From: Raillietiella orientalis
Taxonomy: Eukaryota
Direction: 5' to 3'
DNA: 64,000 nucleotides
Assembly: GCA_036172245.1 (NCBI GenBank)
Contig: JAYWIR010000001.1
Location: 2,170,001 to 2,234,000 of the forward strand
Made by a program: the position numbers and the translations under genes. Numbering within the stretch: the first letter of the stretch is position 1; every line of letters begins with the position of its first letter. Below, piece after piece: positions 48,905 to 59,724 of the stretch. The notes under the pieces are model-generated. The model saw nothing but the letters and a program-made list of their open reading frames with translations. It had not been told where the DNA came from and made no database searches.

Positions 48905-51397
48905 TCTGACAGGGTGGCGGAGGAGGTGCGGAACGTCCGTTTCGACGGGGAAGGGAACAACTTGTCCTCGAGTGGTCTGATTCGATTGATCTTGTCGTCA
49001 CGAATGTGTATGCGCCGAACGGCGACCAGCGTCGCTCCGAGAGACTCCAGTTTCTCGAAAGGCTTCGTAGCCGCTGGCTCAGCAACTCTGGCCCCGACGT
49101 GGCTCACCTCGTTGCCGGGGACTTCAAGGTCCACGTGCTATGCGAGGAGAGATGCCGTTTACGGGATAAACGGTTGGTAAACGAGGTGTGCGCTTCGGTG
49201 GACGCTTCGAATTTGCTAGCCGACGATCCCGGGATGCGCCGCTTGCCTGACCATGCGTTCCTCAATGACCACCTGCTCTGTCGAGTGGGTCGAAGAGGTC
49301 CCATGCCGTCCTTGCTTTCCGACCACCGCAGGCTGGAGTTGGAGCTTCTCCTACCTGGCAAGGGTCCTCCGACGCATGTCTGGAAGATGCCGGCCGACTG
49401 GCTCAGCATCTCCGGTGCTTTGTCGTTCGAGAGCTTGCAGACTGGGACGATCTGAAAAGATCAGTCCGCGAGTTCTGCTGCCGGTTTCCCTTGCACCTTC
49501 TTCCCCACGGCTTTGGGGAAGGCGTGGCCAACAGCAGAGCGTTTCTGCAGGCGGGTACCTTCTCCCGATCTTCAGCATCTTGCGGAATATAAGGCGAAGG
49601 CCGAACGCGAGGTCTGGCAGTCTGGTGCGGCTTGTCTGCTTGACGAACAGGGCCGGGAATGCTCGGCTTCCGCCGACGTGCACCGCATTTTAAAGCGTTA
49701 TTACTCCTCGTTGTGTGCGGTGGCGCTGACGGAACGCAGTCTCTCCGAGCTGCTTCTGCAGGCCGATGCCCCTGCTGTCAACGAGGAGGAACGCGTGAGT
49801 CTGGACTTGCCCTTCGCGGCGGAAGAAGTCTCTTCTGCCATAGCGGGGCTCAAGAAGCGAAAGGCGCCAGGTGAGGATGGCCTGCCTGTGGGGTTCTTCC
49901 AGTACTTCGCGGCAGAACTCATCTGGTGTTAAGCCTTTCTTCGCTGATGCGAGAGACGGGCAATGTGCCCGGTTCCTTCCGCTCAGCAAGGCTGCCTGTC
50001 CTGCCGAAAGGCGGAGACTTGCGCCAACTAAGCAACTGACGTCCGATCACCTTGGTAAATTCAGACATTAAGTTGTTCTCAAAGCTGTGGGTCGCGCGCT
50101 TGGGGAGGATCGCGGAATCCGTGGTAAGTCCGGAGCAGTCGTACGCTGTTCCCGGACGGTCCATGGACGCGAATCTCTTCTTCACGCGCACGTGGCTCGA
50201 GCTACAGCGATGTGTGACGCATGACAGCCAGGTAACCGCAATTGCGGCTGCCTCGGCTAGGCGAAGGTGCATTCGGCCTGAAAACGTCGGGTGCCTTGGC
50301 GGTCGCGGTCGATCTCCACAAGGCGTTCGACTGCGTGAATCGTCCTGGGCGAAGCATCGGGAAGTGCCGCTTACCCAACTTCGTCGCGTGCGCCTCTCCC
50401 CTTATCTTCCATTGGAAGATGTAATGCAAGACCAGGGCAAGTGGACGAGCCTGGCCGCCATGCCCCTCGTTGCAGAGTTCTCTGCCTTAAGGGCTAGAGA
50501 GAACAGTTGCCTACCGGCGAGGTGGGAGGTCTCCTGCAACATTTCAGAAGCAACCCGACCCATGGACGGCTGGAGAATTAGCGAGCTGGCAGATGCTGCC
50601 ACGCCTCGCAATACCCCTAAGGGACTACATCGGTGGAGCGAACTTGTGATTGTGCCTCCCGAAGAACTTGTGGCTTCTCCGTCGTGTCCGAACACCTCGG
50701 TGTTCCCCCTTCTTTGAAAACAGGACGTACTACTGCTGGTGCATTGGGGCTTTCATTGCAACCAGCGCGCGAACATTGCTTCCGGGGGAGTGGCCTCTCC
50801 GAACTGTGGACGGTGTGGAGAAGTGGAAACGCTCATCCACCTGCTCTTCGACTGCGGTAACCTCCAAAGACTGTGGCGGAGGCTGGCATCAACGCTCCGA
50901 CACCGAGAGAACATCGCAAGGATCTTAATGCTCCGCTTCTTCACGCCAGGAGGCCTGTCGTTAGGTGCGATCGTTGCAACGATCTGCTGCATCTGCGCCA
51001 TCGTCGAGACCCGCCGCGAATCGGAGTCGCAGGCCATTTTCCGAGACGTCACTGGAATCGCGTCCGTCGACAACATGACGTCGGCTGCCACGTGGCCTCA
51101 TCTTTTAGAAGACGTCAGGAAGGAAATCTCTGGCATCCAACTACCGGCTCAGAGACCAAGGAACGTTTAAAACCAAAGACCCCCTGTCCCCAAATCCCTC
51201 CGTATATACCTCCATATATATGTAATTATATTTTTCCATATATTTTTATTTTCCCGGTGGCCCCTTCCCTCACGTTCCGGACTTTCATGTTTACCGACCT
51301 GCGTGTCGGGGTTCCCTTTTGTTCTTCTTGTTTGTCTGAGAATCTTTACTTTCAGATAGTTTTTTGATAAACGCCCCGGCGCAACCGGGTGGAAAAA
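48905..51397 (+). mobile_element. Composite L1/Tx1-like copy: partial endonuclease + N-half of RT joined to an ORF2 tail and 3' UTR
   Basis: VTNVYAP, AGDFK, LSDHR, APGEDGLP, DLHKAFDCVN, then an abrupt jump at ~50341 to post-RT sequence. SPNCGRCGEVETLIHLLFDC. Terminal hairpin at 51375-51389. Confidence 0.9.
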
Positions 51398-53100
51398 CGC
51401 CTCTGACCCTTCTAACCGGAGTCAGCGGAAGAGATACCGAAGCAGAATATTTGAAAGCGGTTGAAGGAATGCCCCCTCCAAAACCACAAGTGAATTCATG
51501 TGCCCTGCGTGAGACGAAAGGAAGTTTCAATCCAAGATGCTCAACCTTAGAGGCCAGGAAAACAAAAAATTCCCAAGCTAAGTTTCTCAACAGATGTGTT
51601 CTTCTTCGGGTTTTTTAAAGTTTCAGAAAATTTCAACGGAAAAAAGCTGAAGACTCCAAACGGAGGTCAAGTTTGCTCCTCCGGAAGCAATTTTGAATCG
51701 AATCTCAAATGTTCCAGAACCATAAGAGATCCACACATAAGCTGAGCTGCGCCGTTCATCTCCTGAAGAGTATTCATGAGGACTCCCTTCAAACGAGAAG
51801 CCATTTTCCTTGAATTGCGATGTTCCCGATCTATTGTCTCATTTCGAGAAAGCGGTACATTTCGGATGAAAATCAGGTGGCTGCTTCCGTATCAGGCTAG
51901 CTCCAGAGCGCGACATCCTGCTTCCAAATGAGCGAAGCCTCAAGTTAAGTGGATGTAGCAAAAATGCTGCGGTGTTCAATTTGCTTTTTTTGCCTTTCCG
52001 GCGCTGGAGGAAATGGTCGTCAACGCGGCAGACCTCCATTCATTGAGGCCGTATCGATCTTGATGCCGTCGAGGGAAATGCATTGTCAGCCTCAGTGTCT
52101 CAGAATTGCTGATATGTACACCCGCACGCAAGAAATACTGGCTGCACACTACTGGGAATTCGTGCATTACCGGTGATCGTGGAGTACAAGCCAATGTACC
52201 GATTCTTGTAGCCACTCGGAGCACGCGAAAGGTAGGCGTGTGTTGTGCTTCCACTAAGAACGGAAGGTCCATGCCTTTGAAAAGACAGAGGAGATGCTTT
52301 CGTTTGCGATTACATTCCCTTTAATGCCTTTGATGATTATCCCGAGGAATTGCATCTTTAGAATTTTCATGTAACCCGGTTTGCCTCAGTGTCGAAAAAT
52401 CTTGCAAATTTCACCGGGCTCTATGACCCCAACGACAGCGCAATGGGGACGCACACGAATGGAGAGCTCTAAAGCGATGATTCTCGGATAATGGGATGCT
52501 GAGGAAGTTCCAGACTGGTTTTAGTGGGACAGGAATTTTCATGTTGGCTCTTGGAGGGTCAGTTAAAGAGGTACAGTAATCTGTCCTAAGAGGAAAAGAG
52601 GAAAATGTCAAGCAACTGCGATAAAGATTACTGGCTCGTATTTGAGGCTGCAAGAACGCAAGATTCAGATTTCTAGCATTGGAACATGAAACGAACCTCC
52701 TACCATGAAAAGTTGCTAGAACCAACTTTGCTCCTTTTCATTAACTGAAAGCGTGATCGTGCCCGTGTTCAATTCCAGGAACCCCCTAATGAACTCGCGT
52801 GCTAAAAAGCCCCCGATAATGAACTTCCGCATCCATTTGTTCCTCAGCTGGATTCCGGCATCTGCTTCTAATACGGCTTCCAACTCAATCTGCTTCTAAC
52901 CTCTTCAGCCCACGATCTTGGGTAGCAAAAAGATCCTTTTCTAGTGATGTTTCTTCCTGTTCATACGGAGATTCGTTAAACTACACCGGAGGCTACCAAC
53001 CGGCAAAGGTGTCAAGGGTCATCCTAAACCAGGGAATGGGAATCCATCAACTACGTCCTAAAGCACCTGATTTCTGATGAGGACAGCTAGCTGCTATGAA

Positions 53101-53860
53101 TTTTTTCATCTGGTCACGACGGGGCATTCATTTTTGTTTTGTTTTGGTTTTTTTAGAAGATAAACAAACAAATTGGGGACAAAAACAGAGAGCATAAGCC
53201 CAGAAGGGGGTTCACCTGCTCGCATACTAGGTTCTGAGGCAGTTTGAGGCGGGAGAGAGCGACCAAAAAATCAATAAATGAGAAAAAGGGAGGGCGAAGA
53301 CATGAACCAGACACTCTTCTTGCGGGAACCAGAACGAAAAGTTGGCAATTCTTACAGATGAAACCATCTAGCAGCCGTCCTCATGAATGTATCTGCAATG
53401 CGGGTGGTCACCCTCCGATGCTCCTTGGACTCCAGCAAATAGCGGACTGTGACGTCGGCCGCGGATGCGCCACGTCGTCGCAGTTGTGGGGTACGTTGGA
53501 AGTCCGCCTCGCTCCAAGAATCGCTGCAGCAGGTCTGTGACAGCGCCTTCCTGGTGCAATAGTGCGGAAGCCAGCCTCCACCACGGTTCCTGGAAAGCAC
53601 GGCAGTCTAACAGGAGGTGTGGGGACGATCCAATTGCCCCGCACCTCAAGCAGTTTGGACACGTTAGTCCCCAGGAACGAGGTGCTGCCTACGCTGTTTT
53701 TGCTGGGAGCTCCAGTGCAGGAACAGCAGCGCGGTCCGTTTGCATTGTGAGATGGGCAGCGAGGTGTCCACCACACAAAGGAGTGGTTCGTTAGGAGGGA
53801 CATGCTAAGAAGTTCGCTCCATCGAAGGGACCCCCTTTCCCGGGGTGCGTCGGTGCCTCT
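53101..53860 (-). mobile_element. Decayed 5'-truncated LINE copy
   Basis: LRWSELLS, LRCGAIGSSPHLLLDCRAFQEPWWRLASAL, FMRTAARWFHL. Degenerate terminus at 53101-53132. Confidence 0.8.
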
Positions 53861-56800
53861 CTCACGATTCACCAGCTACCAACTGAAGTCCGGAAAGACC
53901 ACCAGCTACCCTGAAGTCTGGAAAAAAGGCTGGAGTTTGGAGTCTGCAGACATGGTGCGTGGACGCGTTTACAGACATACGAACTAACAATCTCAGCAGC
54001 TCGGAAGAAAACAGATGGAAAGCGTCTGCCAATCGGATTTGTTTGTTTGTTTTTCTTCGAACCAAGCAAACAAAGATGCTTCTTGAGACCATGCCCGATC
54101 TCCATATTCTCAAAAGCAAGCACAAGAATGCAAAAAGCAAAGGAAAGAACACATCCCTCACATACAACTGCAAATGAAAGTGGAGCACAACAAGGTCTCC
54201 GGACTCGGCCAATAGTCTGACGGAGCCAGGAGCCACCTAGATGCAAGCTGCAACAAGAACGGCGCAACGGGATCACTGCAACACATTGGCAGATTACGGC
54301 TGGAAAGCGAACAGTTCCTGGGGTGCTTGGAAGAGCCTCATTTCGATCGACAACAAAAGGGATGACAATGCAAGCCTCCCCCTTCCCTCCCCTTCTATTG
54401 CCTTCCTCCTTTTCGAGGCCCATGAACCACGAGTAGAGCGATCTACAAACAAATCGAAAGGAAAGGAAAATGAAAAGGAAGGGATGGACGCCTCTGGAAG
54501 GTGCAACAATTATGCGGGAGTGAAGACAAAAGTGTCAGTTTCTGGTTCAGTTTTCCTGAGAACACAACGAGAGCCAATGATTTTGTAAAGGATAAAGACG
54601 AAAGCGGCTGCAAGAAACTTCGGAATGAATTTTTACTGCTGAGAACAGGAGCAAACTGACTTTGGTTCTGCCCTTTGGAAGAGGGCTCTTGAAGGGCAGT
54701 TCACCATCATTCCAGGAAGATGCACTTCACGACGTCAAGATTGAACTTCATCTCTCTGAATCTTCTATATGTTCCGAGAAGTTTTTCCAGACCCACTAGT
54801 TGGCCCTGTGGTCCTCCATGGAACTTGAGCCTCGCAGCAGGGTGGTTGATGTGGCACCCCATACCCCATGCAGGGCTTGCAGGGCTTGGTGCAGCGACGA
54901 CGCTGTAACTCACAGAAGATAGACACGAGGATCGGAAGAAAACGACGTCTCATATGAATTTCTGTGACCGCGTTTTCTCATTGAGGACCTTGATGACAGT
55001 GCGAAGGGATTCCTCTCGTTCCGTGAAATTGCAGCGGATGAATTCGAGAAAGGGCAATCAAAGAGATGAGGATGAGAACACGGGCTATGAAATGTGTTCT
55101 TTCGGAAGCGGACCGAAAGGAAGATGATCTCTCGCAGAGGGGCGTTGCCCGCATGTTTCAGCAGCCTGAAAAGCATTCTGTTTTGACCTGGCCGTGTCAC
55201 TCTCTTTCTGGGTGTCGATCAAAAGCTGAGTTGTGGGAATGATGCTGTTCTCCGAGTGCCTACATCTTCCATCCATTCGGGCATGCTCTTGGGAGAGGAA
55301 TGGGTGATTAACTCTCTTTTATATCCCATCCATCATAGGAATTTTGGAACTCTTGCAAGAGGTCACGGAATGGAAGGAGGTCTGCAGGAGCGCATTGCAG
55401 TGCCAAGACGAGCGGATTCGTCACCGATGGACACCTCGTTTCAAATGGAACTAAGGACCTCTTGGCCTCTCGTTTTCAGGAGTGCTGATCTGGGAAAGTT
55501 TGCTTCTGTAGAGGAAATCAACTGACACCGCTGACCAATACTCTTCGGACTCTCTGAGTAATCTCGAGGTCACGAAACCTGGAATATCGAAAACAATGCT
55601 GTCATTGAAAAGGATGGAGGTTATCTGGCAATTCCCAGCCAAGGATCCGTTTGCAGAGCGGCTCTCTCGATGTGGTACATGCATCTCGGGCTTGGCACGC
55701 TTACTCCTCATCCACTGTACGAGTGCGCACCATGGCACTCGCGTGTCCCCAGGAATGTCTTGAAGAAGATTTTTGTCTTGCATCTTCTCACTGCTCATTG
55801 ACGGCACGAATGGTACTCCATTATGAAGAGCGTTACCATAACAGTGCATCATAAGTATCATAATCTTGTTTGTATGGCCACTTTCTAAAGCTTCAGAGAA
55901 AGAAACGGTAGCAAAACTTTCAAAGAGTATTAATTAGTCTTATTATGCTGATGTGAATCGGCTTTGAAAGGCAGTGTCATAGCAACAGGAAGAGAATTGA
56001 AATTTTTCGCTTCCTAAAAAACCATTGCTGTCCTATGCCAGCACCACGTTCGATCCCCGAAAGCTTCAAGCATAAATCGCTGCATGGAATTTATCACAAG
56101 AATTCTCAGCAGCCACCGTAAGTGTTTCGCCGCAGGATTTTCCTCAAGATATGCCGTTCTGGATGTCTTTTTTAGCGGCAGCCAAGATAAGGATCCTTAG
56201 GAAGCAGGTCCAAATCACTCGTCTGGTTCCGTTCGATCCTTTCAGCGACAAATGCTCAAGATGTCAGTCAGGTCTCCAGCTTGCAGAATTCATGATAGCT
56301 GAAAAGGATCAAGCATTTGTCCTCCGTCAGCTTGTTCTGTTGGGCAATCTGTTCCAAGATTTGCAGAAAAAGTTCAGGAGGTGACAAAATCCAATGGGAA
56401 GTTCATTTGAAGGCATTTCAGACGTGACCATGACACATGATTTGCGCCATTGCTTCCTTCTTTAAGATCGGAACGAACTCGCAGAAATACTGAATTCTAT
56501 GGCCCGAAACTAGGTTTGGGGTACCCCTTGCTACCTTTTACGAAGACGTGCACAGGAAAGCATTGATTTTTCAGTTATTAACTCAAAAGCACGCTTGCCA
56601 GCAAGCCAACCATCCAGGAAGAGATTGAGGAGCTGTAGTGGAGTGATGGCAATTTGCAAAGATCCCGATGCTATCCAGCAGGAAGAGAGAAAATCGAAGG
56701 GTCTACGCTGTCGTCAGTCTCCTAAATCTGAACCAACGCACGTGTTTGGTTCGAACGCAAATTTTCCGACAAAACATTTCAAGAGTAGAAGAGGACTTTG

Positions 56801-59060
56801 GGGGCTTTGCTGATTGAAACGCCAAAGTTACCCGAAAGAGTTCCGTTACTCCCACGGCTACTTTTAGTGAGCACTGCCAGCAAACAAGGATGAAACAAAC
56901 CGAGAAAAAAGGATAGCTATATTGTTTTGTACGTGTTATTAGCCATGAAAGGATCTCGAAAAGAAGACCTCGAAAGACGTCACATTTTCTAGAGACGTCT
57001 GATGCAAAAGGCAACAGTTCAAGGGCAGCGTGCTTGTCAAACATTTCTTTTGGAAACTTCGAAAGGCACCAGAAGCAGTTTTCCGTTCACTCTAATTTTA
57101 GAAACCCTCAGAAGAAGGATTCTCAGCGAAGCAACGTCTGCTACAGTTGAATGAGATAACTAGGCAAGTAGCTGCTACTTGAATCGTAGGGCCACGTTTG
57201 TAGGTGCACGGGATCATGAAGTGCCCTGTAATCCGTCCACACACGCTCGATTCTGCCTGGAGAAAATGTCGACGCTTCCAGGAATCATTTGCTGTCCACC
57301 ATCCAGCACGAACTCTTTGGAGCTTCACTTTCCAGGATGGTATAAGTGGTAAGCTGGGTTCTCGGTGAGTGACTCGGCGAGTGGACGAATTCTTCCCGTC
57401 CAAGAATAAAGTTGAGATCTTCGTTGTTTGCTTTCCACGCTGCCCTGGACTGTCTGCGAAAGATTTTTTCGTTTTCCATTTTGCAAGTGGAGCTTAAGAT
57501 GAACGATGCAAAACGGTCGTTGGCATTTTGGAGAACGCGGCAAGTTGCATTAAGCGACCACTCTTGAAGAGATCTGCGTGCGTTTTCAAAGTTCAGGCGA
57601 GGTGTCGTAAGGACCGCTCCGCTCGAAATAACCGAATTTCTCTACGCATTGGTTGTTATTGAGCTGCAATCTCATGTTTTTCTTGTCGCAGAGTGCAGCT
57701 TCATTTGATGCTGTTTGCATCTGAGGTAACCGATGCTTGTTCTCGCAAGATTTCTGAATCCTTCGTATACGGCAAGGAAGCATCTTCGAAATGGAACGAG
57801 TAATCAAGGATTATTTGTGTACACGCACTCGGAATAATCATAGTGATAGCTTTGGGAAGGAGAGAAACCTATCTTAATCGTCCAAGGGTCAGGTTTTGGG
57901 TTGAGTAGTTTAGAGGCTAAGGGATTGCTAGTGGATATTTTTAGCGAAGGATTGTCGGCTCTGAACAGGCGTTGGATAAGGAATCTAGAAGACTAGAGGA
58001 ACAAATTGGTCTCTGAGAACATGAATGGGCACAAGAAAAGGGATGAAACTGGCTTTGCATCGAAGATTTAAAGAGCGTGCACTGCAGAGAATAGACAGCA
58101 AACGGCTGGCTTCTTGTTGACCTTGTCCATCACGTGGGCGGTCCTTGTCTTTCACTGATTTACTGAATGACACAGATTTTGTCTTTAATGAATAGGTTTG
58201 TTCTGGAAACTGGTTATGAAAACAAGATATCTTGTACTGCAGGATGCAATCCACGTGCACGACCGGAGCATGCTTTCCCCTCTGCGATGAGAAAAGAGGT
58301 TGCAAAGCAGGTCCTGGCTAATGCCGTGGATTAATGAATTCCGATTGCTGATTGATGCGATCGTCTTGTCCTCTGAAATGACCTTCCCTGAGCGCTGTTT
58401 TGCGTTCCTTCGAGAGCATGAGCGGCCACAGAAGAAGTCATCTTACTGCCTTCATTGCGTCCTACAGAAGAGAGAAACCATGTGACGTTTGACCTAATTG
58501 GGCATCGGAATGGTGTTCAGTTAGGTCTAATCGTCCAAATTGATTTTCGAAAGCCACTTCGGAAGTTCTCACTGCCAGAAGTGGGAGTTTCAGACATTTC
58601 CCTTTGGCGATGAACTTACAAACAGTGTGATATAAGAAGAATCTCCTCTTATTCTGATCTACTTCCCAGCTGGTTTGTCAGAAAAAGCGTACACTTATAT
58701 TCAAATACGAAAAATGCAAACTAATTTGCGTTTTTGTGAAGTGCCAATTCTTCCAAACAGCCATGGTGTTTGGTGTTATTGCGAACCCTTGAAGACATTG
58801 AAAGTGGAGCGAGCTCAAGTGAAGCAATGAGTTCCACACAAATAAAGAGTTTCTCAAAGGCTGCCTTGTTCCTCAAGTAATGTGTACACATCCTGTCAAT
58901 TGCAGCCTGGAAAAGGAATCAGCATCACGTTCATTCTTGTGCTGTTCACATCTGAGGAAGCGAGGAACCAATTCACAGGAGAGGTTTGCTTGCCAACCAT
59001 TTGGTTCAGGGGCACGACGTCTACAGTTTTGAAAGCAGCCCCTGCGAACAAGCAAAACAA

Positions 59061-59133
59061 GGCCCGCGTCCGAGGTTTTGTGGTTAACACTTCCGCGGGT
59101 GGCACCATGCGTCGCGGGTTCGAATACTGCGGC
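59061..59133 (+). other. Degenerate tRNA-like sequence (Pol III A/B boxes), likely SINE head or tRNA pseudogene
   Basis: GTGGTTAACAC (59080-59090) and GGTTCGAATAC (59117-59127) at tRNA spacing, with loose tRNA-His resemblance. No clean cloverleaf. Confidence 0.5.
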
Positions 59134-59529
59134 AGAAACTGACGCCACTGCGTCCTTGGGTTCCGGGTTTCCCCTGCAAGATGGCTCTGGTTGACCGAGA
59201 TATTCGTGCTGGCACTGGTGGTGGTTTAAGCTGGAGACCCCGATGAAGGCTGGAACAATGAGAGTCGACCTTCGGGTTCTTCCAGGAATCAAGGAGTGGG
59301 GAGTTCTCCCCCCTGTCGTGCAACGGAGAGGGGACCCCCCACCGGGGGACCCCTCCGGTTTCAAGATAGAGCAGGAGCCCTCACGGGCACCTGTCCAGTT
59401 GTTTTAAGGAGCGGATCCCCCTCTGTTGCGGGGGACCCTCCGAGTCGTCACCTCTTCAAAGAGTGCAAGGAAGCAAGCGAGAGCGATTCCCTGCGGGAAG
59501 CTGCAGCGCCCTTTCTGAATTCCGGAAGC

Positions 59530-59724
59530 GTCCCTTCGGGGTTCTCTTCAGAGGAGTGAACAGGAGCGGTTCCCTTGCGGGTTCCCTCTGGAGAAGAAAT
59601 TCCTACAAGCAGATCCTTTCCGGGTTCCCTTCGGAGAAGATGAAATGGAGAGGACCACCCTCTTTCCGGGTTCCTTCGGAGAGAAGGAGGAAGGAGATTC
59701 TCTTCTGGGTTCCCCTTCGGAGAC
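59530..59724. repeat. Degenerate minisatellite, five ~42-bp units
   Basis: Core GGGTTCYCTTCGGAGA starts at 59539, 59579, 59622, 59668 and 59707. Confidence 0.7.

Noticed and set aside
53870..53924. Short tandem duplication at a LINE 5' junction (also one at 44486-44518)
   Set aside because: Two imperfect units only; ordinary slippage or repair scar.
56200..56390. F-box-like motif (PPELFLQILE) on the minus strand
   Set aside because: Short match followed by stops; no supporting exon structure.
59530..59724. CRISPR-like repeat-spacer array
   Set aside because: Repeats are degenerate, spacers share similarity and vary in length, there are no cas genes, and the context is eukaryotic. A minisatellite fits better.
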